30,621 nt of DNA from Balamuthia mandrillaris (taxonomy: Eukaryota), in NCBI GenBank assembly GCA_031835245.2, contig JAVKOQ020000067.1:186001-216621 (forward strand). The letters are read 5' to 3'. The translations under genes were made by a program, and so were the position numbers. Each line of letters opens with the position of its first letter. The stretch's first letter is position 1. Below are positions 1 to 12,307 of this stretch, piece by piece. The notes under the pieces were generated by a model that saw nothing but the letters and a program-made list of their open reading frames with translations, was not told the DNA's origin and made no database searches.

Positions 1-1139
1 GACCATACCATCCACTGAAACCAGGTTAAGGCCCATTTGCAAAAGTACGTTTTGCATGGCGTAGTCAGTGGTCATGCAACCAACCTTGGCCTCTCCCCAT
101 CCGTTTTTGGAGAGCTGCGTTCCCATTCGCTTCCTGTTGACTTCAGCCAAGTTGTCAGGGGTGATCCATCCACCTTCGTCATCGTTATCAGCGTCGGCAC
201 TACTACCTTCTTGGCTGTCGCGGTAGTCGACAGGTGGAGTAGCTTTGTCGCCGGAAGAAATGGTGGAAGAGGGAGTGGAATTGGAACTAGCAGGCTTGTC
301 TTCGGTGGGTGTCTGTTCTTCTGTCTTTGTTTCTGCTACTGTGCTGGAGTCTGATGTTTTTTCTTTGGGCTCTTCTTCCTTTATCTTCTCTGCTTCCGTT
401 TCTTGATCTGTGTTGCTTTGTGTGGTAGCGGCGGTTTGGGTGGTGGATTGTTGCTTGACTGGTTGTTGGCGTTCTGGAGCAGGTTTGGCAGGTCCATTGG
501 CAATGTCTGCCCAAGACCGTGTTGGGAGCACTTTGGCTGGTTGGGGGTGCGGTTGCTTTTCCTGTTCCGTTTTTGGGACCACTTCAGTTTCCTCTCCCTC
601 TTCTTTCTGCTGCGTCCTCTCTTCCGACAAGCCATCAACAGGCGTGGCGGAGTTGTGAGTCGTTGTGTTTGCTTGTTGTGGCGCGGCGGAGGAGCGGTTA
701 GGCGTGCGTTTGGCCATGCTGGCTGGAATTGTGCGCAGATGGTCGACAGTTCCTTTGACTTCTCGTTCCAACATGTAGGTTAGCGCTAAGACCTTCAAAT
801 CTACCGCAGAGAGACTGGCATAGTCCCCTGTCTTCTTCGCAAAGCTTACCACTGAAAACGACAAAATAACAGTTAATCTTTCACTTTGGGAACAAAAGTG
901 GTGCCAAAGACCTTTGCCAAACAAGACGTACCTGCCCTAAGGTCCTCCTTGGTTGGGTCCAACACTTGGATGTCCACAGGAAGCAGCTGCAACAAGCCGC
1001 GCGCCTGTTTGTCTCGCACCTCCGTCAGGACCTCTCTCACCGTGGCTATTTTTTTGGAAAACTGTTCCAACCTTACGCCCTTGATGAATGCTGCGGTGTC
1101 AACCACCAGCCATGATGCCTCCTCTGTGTGCTTGCTCAT
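1..1139 (-). CDS. NOB1: 20S pre-rRNA D-site endonuclease NOB1 (PIN domain), 3' part runs off the window
   Basis: Exon 1 (1139-932) gives MSKHTEEASWLVVDTAAFIKG. A GT..AG intron occupies 931-852. Exon 2 gives FAKKTGDYASLSAVDLKVLALTYMLE, then DDDEGGWITPDNL and VACMTTDYAMQNVLLQMGLNLVS, all hallmark NOB1 motifs. Confidence 0.95.
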
Positions 1140-1380
1140 TGTGGCAGCAACTTAAGGATGTGTGTGCTTCTGTGTCGGTGTGTGGGTCGAAAAGGGGGGC
1201 AGTGGCACCAACTTTCCTCTTTCTTTCCTCTTCTCTTTTCCTTCTTATTTCGCAAAATTCGTTTACGCACACACCCCGGGTTCGACTCCAAAGGGCAACA
1301 AGATTTGTAGTCAATTTCTTTATTTGATTTTTTGTATTGTATTGTATTGTGACCTTTGTTTGCCTCATCCCGCTCCCACC

Positions 1381-2351
1381 CTAGTTTTGTTCTGGTACGT
1401 ACGTGAACCCTTCAAACATGGGCGTGGACGTTGTCTCCTCATTATATACAGGAGGAACGTGGAATGACTCCATACAAATCATCCCCGACGGGCCGTCTTT
1501 AATAAGAGGCTTGAAAGGAGCGGGCATGGCCTTCGCTGTAAGCAACTGCCACGCCGCCTCATCCGCAAAGCCATGCTCCTTGAAAAAGGGGTGATTTCTC
1601 CAGTCGTCTATACTCCTTTTTGTGGGATCTTTGTTGACGAGCCGCTCCACCAGCTCGCGAAAACTTGATGGGATGCTTTGCTGGACAGTTAAAAAAAATT
1701 AGCAGTTTGATTTAATGCTCATAGTTGTGCTCTCTCCAGCTCACGTGTACAAACCTTGCAGCAGGTGGACTTGTCAGGCCATGAGACAGTGTTCATCATA
1801 ATTGCCTTATACATGGTTGCCACGTTTTCGCTATAAAAGGGTGGCAGCCCGAAAATCATCTCATAAGCCAAACAGCCTAACATCCACAAGCAATGAGGCA
1901 TGGCTGGTGGAAACTGACCAGATGCACCCGTCAACACCTCCGGTGGGAGGTACTCGGGAGAGGCTACAAAGCAGTGGGCGCTCCGGGTGGTGGTCAGATT
2001 CTGCCAACCGCCACTGCAATCTACTCTGAGGTAGCCATCACTATCCAACAAGATGTGCTCTGGCATCAATGAGGGTAGAAAAGGTTGGCCTGTCTGTTCT
2101 GCCCACTCCAAAACTAACCACACTTGTGCAAGATAAAAAGCCGTTCGATGGAAGCCGAATGTTTTATCCTGTTGTAGGCGATAGAACAGCTCTCCACCGT
2201 TCACATGTTCAAAAAGAGAAAAGGCGCTATACTTGGTTTGGTGGGTGTTACATAGTTCTAACACCTCACTGTTGTGTGATAAAAGAAAAGTTTAAAGGTT
2301 TGTTAATAACAGACTTGAGAAAGAAAAACACAAAAGAAGCAAAAGAAAGCA

Positions 2352-2403
<52 letters not shown>

Positions 2404-3035
2404 AATGGTAACCTGGGCAGCAGCCACGGGTGGATGACCCGAATAACTTGACTTGGGACGCAGCATTGCTTGCTCAGGCTAGAAATAGCCTGTTTGTAAG
2501 CAATTACCTCATCTAAAGAATAAAAGTGCCATCTTTTCATCACATAATAACCGTCTTCATTTGTTTTTCCTCGTCTTGCCTTCCTTTGGTCCTGCTTCCA
2601 TCGCACCAATTTGCTCGTATGGTTATTGCCCTTGTCTATAACGCGCAATTGTTCAAACTCTTCAACATTTGGGCACATTGCCTCTACAATGCAGAACACT
2701 CTCCAGCTATCATACAAATACGTAGACGAAGCTGAAGGTGAAGGTGGGAAGGAGGAGGAGGAGGAGGAAGTAGAAGAACAAGAGGAAGAAATCAAGGGTT
2801 CCATAAACTTGAAATAGGAAGGGGGGAAGAGAAACGAGGCAGCACGCCGCCACAAGAGGCGATCGCGAAGGGGGTGGTCAATGAAGTGTCGCCACGCGTA
2901 GCAGGTCAACCTTGCGGCACAAAGAGCAGAAGCATCCCTGGATACCTCTATCATGATTGCTTCTATCAGCTCACACGGCAGCCAACCAAATAGGCCACGT
3001 TGGAGCTCTTCCGCCACAGGGTCCTCTGCGGCCAT
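1381..3035 (-). CDS. F-box domain fused to an AGC-family (pseudo)kinase
   Basis: Exons are about 3035-2413, 2268-1755 and 1680-1381. The N-terminus has an F-box (LPCELIEAIMIEV..LCAARLTCYAWRHF). The kinase part has EHVNGGELFYRL, PEYLPPEVL and YEMIFGLPPFY, and ends in the AGC hydrophobic motif FEGFTYV. HRD and DFG are degenerate. Confidence 0.85.
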
Positions 3036-3232
3036 GGGTTGCCCGTTGGCGTAGTGTCTGCGCTCTTGCTTTTGTCTTTTCGCTTATCGATGCTGTTGCT
3101 TTCAGTAAAGACGAAAAATTATTTGGCGACCACCGTCGATCGGTTTGCCAAACTTGTCTGATTAATTGGCCCGGTCAAACCGAAGTTTGTGGTGTGTGTA
3201 AAAAATAGCGAGAGCCACGCGGGGGAGAAGCA

Positions 3233-5738
3233 ATGAGGCTTTGGGCTGGTTCTGTGGTTGCGCTATGTACGCTTGTGGTGGGACTTTTGGCGATGGGTCA
3301 CGATGCACGCCAACCGCTGGCTTCAGCTCCCTCAGGAGGTGACAGTTCGCTTTATCCGACCTCTCTGTCTTTCGGCAACGTCACCTTTCACTCTTCGTGC
3401 GGTTGTGCTGCCTCCGCTTCCTGCCTCCAATCACCCTTTGAGGCTCAAGTCAACTCCGCACTCGCTGCTCTTCACTCTTTTTGGTATCCGGAGGTACGTT
3501 GTGTGCTGGTTGTACCGTAGCTCATTTTTTTTGTTGGACTTGCTGTTTATATGGCTTTGTTACTTTTGCACAACTTCAGGCGCGGGCGCGGTTTGAACAT
3601 CTAACCGAACTTGCTCCAGACTGCACCATTGCATGGTGGGGTAAAGCCATGACTTTCTACACCCCGCTTTGGAGGTACGTCTCTGCTGCCGTATAGCACG
3701 TGTTATGTTGCTAGGCGTTACCCGACATCTGACAACAACGGCATGCCGTTCTCTTGATGTCCCGTCATTCCTAAAAGCCCTCCAGGTGCTAGAGATACAG
3801 AAGAAGCTTTGCAGGCGTTAGCGGAAGGAGAAAAAACTTTTAAGCTACCCAATGTGCGTGCCGTGGAACGGCGGCTGGTGGAAACGTTGGCAACGTTCTT
3901 CCGAGACAAGGCAAATCTTGCCAAGCGCGTACAAAACTATGCAACCAACATGGCGCAATTATGGCACGAGTTTTCTCAGGAGAAGGAAGTCATGGCCTTT
4001 TATGGTCTTTCATTACTGGCAAACGCCGAAGTGATGATTGAAGAACACTATGCCGGTCTTTCCCGCTCTCCTTCTCACTCTTCAGTCATTGTAGTGAAAG
4101 ACAGAGACGCTGCCACGAACGCCATTCAGAACTTGCCATGGTTCAAGGCTTTGAAGCGGGCAGGGAAGCTGTGTGAGCTGTTGCTATCAGATAATGCTGC
4201 CCATCCCGGAGGGCTTCACTACCTATTGCACAGCTATGATCTTCCGCAGTTAGCCTCCCTGGCACTTCCCTACGCTGAGGTTTACTCGGTAATTGCACCG
4301 AGAGTGCCTCATGCACTTCACATGCCTGCTCATATTTACCTTAGGTGCGCATCTTTTTTTCTTTATATGTATATTTGAATTTTCCTAACATCTCTTTATC
4401 GTTCTCTCTCCTATCACCAAAGGTTGGGTATGTGGGACAAAGCCATTCAGCAAGACACTAAGGCCATGATTGTCTCTGAAGATTTTATGAACGTATATTA
4501 CTCTGAGGCAAAGCATCTCTCCCGCCCAATGTATGACGAGTACCTTCACTCTTGCGACTATGCCATTTACGCCCACTTACAACAAGCCCAAGACCGTAAA
4601 GCGTTCGCCTTGGCTCAACAAGTAGCCACTATGACAGATTTACTTCCCGGTCTTACCATGGGGAGCATCTACAGCATCATTGCCAGCACATCCCGCTTTC
4701 TGCTCGAAACTCATCGGTGGGAAGAAGGGGCCAACTACCGGTTGACTCCACTTTTGTCTGGCGCGCTTCTCTCGTCAGACGGAACACCACTAGAGCCACC
4801 ACCTTTCGGCTATTGGCCCTTCATAATGGTTCATTACATTCGCTTGGTTTCTTTGGCCCACCTCCCTCAACCACCATTGGATAAAATGCGGGTTGAATAT
4901 GAAACTATGCTTCGTTATTATGCGGAACGAGAGTTTGTTTGGACAGGAGAAGACACTGCAGAGCTTGGTGTCCTTTGGGTATGATCTCTTGCCTCTCTCT
5001 CTCTCTCTCTCTCTCTCGGTTATTTTGCCCGCTTCTCTCCTTTACTGATGCTGTTTGCAGCGAATAGCAACACAAACACAGGTTGATGTGGCTAAGGCAT
5101 ACATCTTGGAGGCTGAGGGACATATTAATGAAGCTATCAAGATCTTGGCAGAAGCAGCGGATACGGAAGATGCTTTTCCCAAACCTAGCGTTAAACCTTC
5201 GGTACGTTTCAACCTAAGATTACCTTTGCTCGGTGATCTAACTGGTCTCAAACAGGTGGTATATCCGGCAAGAGAACAGCTCGCAGATATGTTGCTGAAA
5301 TACAAACGGTGTGAAGCTGCGCGGAACAACTACAAACTCTTGTTGGAGCTACAACCAAATCGCTACAACGCAATCTTTGGGATGGCTCAGGCTGCCGAGC
5401 AGTGCAATGAACCACAAACAGCGGTTCGACATTTTACAACGTTTACTACTCAGGTCAGAGGATGCGATCTGGACGCTATCCACGAGTTACGCTCTGGTTA
5501 TGTGGAAGATAGCTATCTTTTCTGCCGAGACGGTAGTAAAGACAGTCGGCCTCATCATCTGCAACAGGCACTCGACTTTCTTCACAAGGAGCTGCTTACA
5601 AGCCACGCACGGAGGCTGCATGTCGAGGGATTTGTAGTTTTGCAAATGTGGGCATTGCTGGGCATTTTGATATTGGCTGCATTAATGGGCTCTTTTGCCC
5701 CTAGCCCAGTGGCTGTACTCCGCAAGAAGCAGCAGTGA
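3233..5738 (+). CDS. Secreted or membrane-anchored TPR-repeat protein with conserved His motifs
   Basis: Five exons (3233-3493, 3580-3674, 3778-4344, 4423-4978, 5061-5738) join in frame through GT..AG introns. It has an N-terminal signal peptide, the motifs LHSFWYPEA, CTIAWWGKAM, HPGGLHYLLHSYD and PHALHMPAHIYLRLG, a TPR-like LQPNRYNAIFGMAQAA, and a C-terminal hydrophobic helix. Confidence 0.85.
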
Positions 5739-5844
5739 ATGTGCTGGCTGTAATTTTGACTATCAAATACTAATTTCGTGTTTTTATATTATATAATGCA
5801 CGAAGAAAGCGAAAAAGAAGGAAGATAGGAAAAACTGGAAAAGG

Positions 5845-7062
5845 ATGCTACGGCCAGCAACTACAGCATCTGTATTCAGAAATCCGAGAGCAAGTTGCCT
5901 TGGCGTTCTTTCGCAAAAGGCCACTTCACCAGAGTTCATGCTCGGCCACAGGTTCTACGTAACACAGCAAAGACCTCCTGTGGTGGACCTCAGCCCACTG
6001 CAAGGACTAGCTGAAGAGAGCAGACGAAACGAGGTTGCCAGAGAGATGTACGATGCCTGTAGCACTTGGGGTGCCTTTTACGTGACTGGACATGGTGTTT
6101 CTACAGACCTGCAAGCACAACTGGTTCATGCCGCTCAACGGTTCTTTGCTCTTCCCTTGGAAGAACGCATGGCTCTGCACGTCAAGAACGGAGGGTTGGC
6201 ATGGCGCGGATACATGCCGATGGGAGGGGAAGGAACCCATGGCCAAGTGGACGTGAAAGACGGCCTTTATCTAGGGCCAGAGCATGGGCTTGACCACCAC
6301 CGAGTGAAAGCAAAGACTCCCTTGTATGGTCCCAACCAAATCCCAGACGTGCAGCTGCCAGAACTTCGACCCACCGTGCAGGCCTACTTGGACGAGATGA
6401 AGCGTGTAGGAGATCTTATCATGCAAGCCGTATCTCTTTCTCTGGGTTTGAACGTGGACTACATGCACCAGCACTTCACTTCTGATCCTATTCTACTGTT
6501 CCGCATGTTCTGCTATCCGTCAGTAGCCAAGCAAATGGAGGAAGCCAAGAAGCAAGAGGGCGATGATACAACTCCTTGGGGCATTGGAGAGCATTCAGAC
6601 TATGGTTTGTTGACCATCCTAAAACAACAATCAGCAGGCCTACAGTTTCATTCTGATGAGCATGGCTGGGTTGACGTTCCACCCATTGACAACACCTTTG
6701 TATGCAACGTGGGAGACCTGTTAGACCGCATTACTGATGGCCGTTTTAAAAGCCCTAAGCATCGTGTCAGGAACATAGCAAACCACGATAGGCTTGCGTT
6801 CCCCTTGTTTTATGATCCAAGTTGGGACGCAGAAATGAAGCCTTTGCCTCTGGACCACCTTCCTGCTGTTGATGAAAACAACAAATCAAGAGCAGAAACC
6901 AGATGGGAAAGGAGTGCTTATCGCTCCCTTTCGGGTCCTTATTGCAATTATCTTGCCAAAAAGGTTAGCAAGATTTTCCTTGCCCTTCCTCCTTCTGTAG
7001 CCAACTTTGAGCCTGCACGTGGCCCTTCCACACGATTCAACATTTCTATTCATGGTTCTTGA
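5845..7062 (+). CDS. Isopenicillin-N-synthase-family 2-oxoglutarate/Fe(II) dioxygenase
   Basis: Single 405-aa ORF. It has a DIOX_N-like start (PVVDLSPL..ACSTWGAFYVTGHGV), the iron ligands HSD (GEHSDYGLLTIL) and H (SPKHRV), NVGDLLDRITDG, and the 2OG-binding Arg in DRLAFPLF. Confidence 0.93.
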   Translation: MLRPATTASVFRNPRASCLGVLSQKATSPEFMLGHRFYVTQQRPPVVDLSPLQGLAEESRRNEVAREMYDACSTWGAFYVTGHGVSTDLQAQLVHAAQRFFALPLEERMALHVKNGGLAWRGYMPMGGEGTHGQVDVKDGLYLGPEHGLDHHRVKAKTPLYGPNQIPDVQLPELRPTVQAYLDEMKRVGDLIMQAVSLSLGLNVDYMHQHFTSDPILLFRMFCYPSVAKQMEEAKKQEGDDTTPWGIGEHSDYGLLTILKQQSAGLQFHSDEHGWVDVPPIDNTFVCNVGDLLDRITDGRFKSPKHRVRNIANHDRLAFPLFYDPSWDAEMKPLPLDHLPAVDENNKSRAETRWERSAYRSLSGPYCNYLAKKVSKIFLALPPSVANFEPARGPSTRFNISIHGS

Positions 7063-7097
7063 ATGTCTGTGAATTCAATATTTAGTCTTTCAATTAC

Positions 7098-7176
7098 TCT
7101 CTCTTTCTCTTTCTCTTTCTCTTTCTCTTTCTCTTTCTCTTTCTCTTTCTCTTTCTCTTTCTCTTTCTCTTTCTCT

Positions 7177-7215
<39 letters not shown>
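7098..7215. repeat. (TTCTCT)n then (CT)n microsatellite
   Basis: Directly visible tandem repeat. Confidence 0.95.
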
Positions 7216-7221
<6 letters not shown>

Positions 7222-7279
7222 GCTTCAATAATAACAATAAATGCTAGCTCTGCTGTAACCTGTGTAACAACTTTCTTCT

Positions 7280-8035
7280 GATTATTATCTCGCTTAACCT
7301 TTTCTCCCGCTTTAGTTGCGCAGTCCCAGTCGTTAAGAAATACCTGAGAGGTGTAAATACAATGGTGATGACAAGACACAAACATAAGGGAAAGTGTAGT
7401 TGAACAACTCGGGTTAGCTAGCCACACGGCAAGGAGGAAGAGAACAGAAGAAGAGAGAATGAGGACAACATTACCATTCCAGTGTCTAGATGTCGAAAGC
7501 ATTTGGATAGACGCAAGTCCCGATGGACCAATCCGTTATTACGGAGGACCTACTCAAGAATATTCACCAGTTGACAGATATCATCCGCCATGGCAAGTGT
7601 TGTCTGACGGGCGTGGCCCAGTCAGTTTGAAAATAAGGTGGTGTACAATAAGAACTAATGTTATGACGAAATGGACAGTGGAAACGCCGAGAAGCAAAGT
7701 ACCCTTCGACAGGACTCAGTAATAGTACAACCAGCTTCTCATCATCGGCAACGAGTTTTGGGACCAAAGGCACCAAGTCTTTGACCTGCTCCAGGCAGCG
7801 TTTTTAATTCTGCAAGTGTTCTATTTTGTCCACTGAGTTGAACTGTTTGAAGACTGTTTGTTATTTGTCAAACTCAGGGATGCCTTTGTACTGGCCACTG
7901 TACACGACAGCAGACCCGCTCATTCATAATGACTGGCTCTTCATCGATGAAGATGTCTTCTGGTAAACCGTGTGCAGCTTTGCTCAGAAGCAGTCCTAGA
8001 AGCCAGGACACTACGGAGGGAGGGTGCAGCTCTCC
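7280..8035 (-). pseudogene. Decayed protein kinase domain (Crinkler/FunK1-like), with stops and frameshifts
   Basis: Manual translation gives SGSAVVYSGQYKG..VFKQF..QN*KRCLEQV..VPKLV..LLLSPV, then GLVHRDLRLS (HRD at 7525-7517), an intron, and VFLNDWDCA at the DFG-equivalent position. Confidence 0.7.
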
Positions 8036-8065
8036 TCATTCAAAAGTATTGTGTCCTTTCTTTCT

Positions 8066-8111
<46 letters not shown>

Positions 8112-8187
8112 CTATCTCTCTTTTCTCTCCCTCTCGTCTCCCTCTGAACAACGAAAGAGAAGGGGAGAAAGAGGAAGCATTTCGAAG

Positions 8188-9360
8188 TTAAGCCAAGTCC
8201 GTTTTGCTGCCTCTTCTCCTTGGCGGCACTCTGCGTGGCCTCTCCATAAAGGAGGATCGGGAAGCGATGTTAGCAAAGCAGGGATGCAAAGCCTCCGGCA
8301 AAGTCTCTCTGCTGATGAACACAAGTGCATGCTTTTCAGGGTTCAACAACGAAGGAAGGGTGCTGTGGCGAGACGGTGCGGATCTTGAACTCAGAAATTC
8401 CAAGGCAAGTGCATCCGGCGCCTTTTGAGCAAGCTGCTTGAACATTTTTGCAACATCAGATGGTGGTATGGAGCGTTGCAAAGCGTGCCCCAACTGGCTA
8501 CCCTTGCTCTGCATGACATATTTTCCCTCCATAAAAATGGCGTAAGGGAACTCATCAAAGTGGAGGATCAATGCGGCACGTCCTTCATAGGGGGCAAAAG
8601 AGGTCTGTGCTCGGGCCAGCAGTGGGAGCAGAGTGGAGAGGTTCATGTCCTCGATGGGCGTTGACGGCGGTCCGTAAGTTGTCAAAAGTGTGCTAGCTAG
8701 CATGCGATCAGCTGTGTCGGTGTCATACGGGTCGATCGTTCTCCAACCCTCAACTGCATTAACAACAGCGTAGTTAATGCAATCTAGATGTCGGGGGTTC
8801 TCAGCAATGAAAGCGGGGTCAGTCAGCATCCTACGAAAGAGCTCATATCCCAGGCGAGATTTTCCACAACCACTCGCACCGTCGATGAAGATACAACGCA
8901 TCCACTTTGGTGTCAAACAACCAGCTTCATTTGCTCGTATAAACCCTGTCAGCTCCATATAAGCCGGTTCGAAGATTGGCGGCGGTGTGTACATTACTGT
9001 TTCACCTGGAATCTTCAAAATAGTGGAGTGAGATCAAAGTTGAAATAGGTTGTAAGTTCTGTGGAAGTTACCTCTGTGTTGCCAGAAAACAATCCGTGGA
9101 CAGGAGGGTTGGTTTCTTTGCGGAAAGAAAAGGCATTTAAGGTTGGTGTATGTGAGTTCAACCATTGGAGGTCGTTAAAGAGAGCTATTGCTTTGCTGGC
9201 TTCCAGAATCAAGCTCTTAAGTTGTTCTTCGGTGTAGCGTGCAGCAGAGACTCCAGGAAGACCCTCAAATAACTTTGCGTATTCAGCATAAGGACTAGCT
9301 CTTAGCCACTCTTGCAGCTCGTTTGCTGTCCACTTTTCCAAAGGAACTTTGCCTTCAGAA
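8188..9360 (-). pseudogene. Crinkler-like SAM header plus P-loop NTPase, frameshifted at about 9016
   Basis: SAM-like LEKWTANELQEWL..YAKLFEGLPG..YTEEQL, Walker A IFIDGASGCGKSR and Walker B LILHFDEF. The two ORFs abut with a 1-nt frame change. Confidence 0.65.
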
Positions 9361-9932
9361 GACCAAAAAGTGAACAAAGTGAAGAAGTGAAAGAAAGAAT
9401 AGTTTTCAGGTTGGGAGAAAAAACCTTGAGTCGGTGGAGTGCCTGCTTTTGTGCTCGTAGAAAATCCGTTGCACCCTCGCGGCGAGGAAGTGACAGGGAG
9501 CAATAGAAACACACTGTTTGTAGGGGCTGAAAATCTGATAGTTTGTGCCGAGTGCCATGTTGCCCAGAGATTGAACGAAGCACAACGAGATAGCGCAACC
9601 CTTGAGGGATCACAGAAGGCAAGGAGAGAACCGGCGACCGTCCGCCGTTTCTGTTGCATCCAACTTGCTGTTTCCAACAAGCTGCTCGTTTGTTGCTCAG
9701 GAGGGTAAATATGTGGCTCCTCAATAGTTACGTATGTCGTGAAAGTGCTGAGGAGGTGCACAAACTGAGAAGTGTTTTATTCAAGTGCAGCTTTTGTGCT
9801 CTCAGACTCTGCAGAGGACCGCTAGCGGGACAACCGAAAGAGAAGGTAACAAATGGAGATGAAAGTGACGGCCACGATGCAGAGCTGAAAGATGGGATGC
9901 ATGGCTCTTTTGATGCTTGTCCAGGTAAGCGT

Positions 9933-9972
<40 letters not shown>

Positions 9973-10085
9973 CTCTTGCTCCGCTCTCGCCTTTTGTTGC
10001 TGACGCGACTCTTGCTTTCTTTTCTTGAAGGCCTTACTTTGTTTTCTTTTTCGATTTCGCTTCTCCAATGTTGCTGGACACTGGT

Positions 10086-11125
10086 CATTACCTTTAATCC
10101 AAGTTCTCCAAACACGGTTGCAGTTGTGCTCCCCCTTCCTCCAAGGTTTCTTCCGGCAACTGGAGAACAACCTTCAGATTGTCAACCTGAATCCCAACTT
10201 GTGGAACATGGCCCTCGCGAAGTACACACAAGGGTCTAAGACCGCTTCCAGCTGGGTGCAGAACAACATAGTTATACCTCGCTTGCCATGGCATCAGGCC
10301 AGAGACGTCTACGCCACCCACTTCGGCAGCGCGGAACTTCAAACCCCTCTCCATGACGAACTCACTCCTTCATCTCTCCAGCAGCAGCGGAAAAATACCT
10401 CCACCCAGCATCCTGTGAACGCCATCACACCGTCATCTCCCACATCGACGACATGGAGATAGGCGACAGGTCCACCACTCGCGTTACCCGCCGTGCAGCA
10501 CACGTCCGCCTCGACTGTGGCTCCCGTAAGCTACATCACCACTTCTTCATCATGCCGCTTCAAGGTGAGCATGAGATCCTATTCGAAAGAGACATCATGC
10601 GACGCATTAGCGTTGGTCTTTTCGGCCTTCCTGTGCGTTATCCTCTCCCTAGCGAACGAGAAGAGTTCAAGGAAGACGACTCCAACATGTCTGACAAAGA
10701 TCAGTGTGTTGAGCTTCCTCCTCCTCCCGACACTGCTCGAAAAATTGCTGAAGGCATCCGCGACGCGCTCCAACGCAACCAGCAAGTGCCTCATGGCCCC
10801 AGCAGTTCCCTTCCTGAGAGTGTCATCTACCTCAACACCGGCGATGCCAAACCTGTTTTTCGTAAGCAGTACACCATTCCTCAAATGTATCACAACGCGG
10901 TTTTCAGGCAACTCACCGAGTGGCTCCGACACGGCGTCCTTGCGCTATCCTCACTCGACTGCCAGTGGAATTCTCCCATCCTTCCAGTCCCCAAAAAGGA
11001 TGAACACGGAAAATGGTCGAAAGTCAGGATCTGTATTGACCCTGGCGGCATTAACCCTCTCCTCGCTGACGACGAGTACCCGCTCGAGGACACCAAAGTC
11101 CTCATCGAACGAGCTCTAGGCCGCC
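10086..11125 (+). mobile_element. Truncated Ty3/Gypsy remnant (gag fragment, protease C-terminus, RT N-terminus)
   Basis: Gag-like SWVQNNIV..LPWHQARDVYATHFGS, protease-end HEILFERDIM, and RT start KPVFRKQYTIP..WNSPILPVPKK..KVRICIDPGGIN..DEYPL. It breaks off at about 11125. No LTRs seen. Confidence 0.85.
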
Positions 11126-11184
11126 TTTTATTTTATTTTTTATCTTAGAAAAAGGAAAAAAAGAGTTTTTTGTTCTTGTAACCT

Positions 11185-11187
11185 TTC

Positions 11188-11286
<99 letters not shown>

Positions 11287-11355
11287 CCTCCCTTCTCTAT
11301 CCCTATGTCTCGTGTTCTCCGTTACTATTGCTCACTCACTCACTCGCTCTCTCTC

Positions 11356-11399
<44 letters not shown>
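11185..11399. repeat. (CT)n and (CTTT)n microsatellite cluster
   Basis: Directly visible tandem repeats. Confidence 0.95.
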
Positions 11400-11403
<4 letters not shown>

Positions 11404-11460
11404 CCCGTAAGAAGAAATAAAAACAAAACTACAAGCAACCGTAACTAGTATTACTAGTAT

Positions 11461-12307
11461 TCAACAACCACAGATTCCTCCTCCTCCACCGTCACAGCTC
11501 AAAACGACAGAACAACCGCTGTAGGCAGCGACTGATGAACCGCCATCGCTTGACGATGAACTGGTGCTGTCACTCGTTTCGTTGTACGAAGCGCTCACTC
11601 TACGGAGCCAGTCGATGAGAGAGCACAGCACAAGCACCAGACCCAGGTGCTCTCCTCGCTTGGCGAACACCTCGTACGTTCTTCTCCCGGTGAAGGAGCT
11701 GCATTTCTTCAGGATGAGCCTAGCCACTTTGTTGCCCGTCCTCTTGAAGAAAAAGGTTTGGCTGTAGCATGAAACCTTTTCCACATGCGTGATGCCATCT
11801 TTGAAGTCCTCCGCGAGCTCAACTTGTACATTGTAGGCTAAGGGGGAATAGCGGCTTGCTCTCTTTGCCTTTTTGTTTTATCAAAACGTTAACAACAACA
11901 CCCTCAAAGCACAACGGCAGAGCCTAAAAACCTTGATGGTGGCACAGCACAGGCCGTTCTTTTTCCCAGCCGTTACCTTCCATTCGAATGAGGTCTTTGC
12001 TTTGTTGCCCTTTGCATAGAGCAGGCATTGCTTCCCTCTGGTGGCTGCCAACAGCTGAAAGTCCGGGGTCGAGCCCAGAAAGCTGTGGGCCTTGATGGTG
12101 CAGAGTTTGGTATCGCCACAGTAGACAACTTTGGAGGTATGGAAAGGGTTTTTATCCCTGAAACACAAACCCTTTTGTTAGTTTAAAAAGAAGCAGAAGA
12201 AACATCAAACGACGAAAAAAAACAAAAGCGTACTTGAGACAAAGCGTTATAGCCTCAGCAGGTTTGAAGCCCAGCCCTTTTGTTGTGGTGAACCCTTCAA
12301 TGTCCAT
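11461..12307 (-). CDS. LURP-one/tubby C-terminal (scramblase-like) domain protein
   Basis: Three exons (12307-12234, 12157-11932, 11868-11461) splice in frame. Beta-rich body, then RTYEVFAKRGEHLGLVLVLCSLIDWL (terminal hydrophobic helix) and a low-complexity SSSSDGGSS..GGGGICGC tail. The family call is by pattern only. Confidence 0.65.

Noticed and set aside
1279..1289. GGTTCGACTCC, a perfect tRNA B-box/T-loop
   Set aside because: The flanks do not form a T-stem, acceptor stem or cloverleaf, so it is not called a tRNA. At most it is an isolated box.
9800..10030. Plus-strand exon-like segment with a GTAAGC donor and poly-T tract
   Set aside because: No recognisable product and no convincing in-frame continuation.
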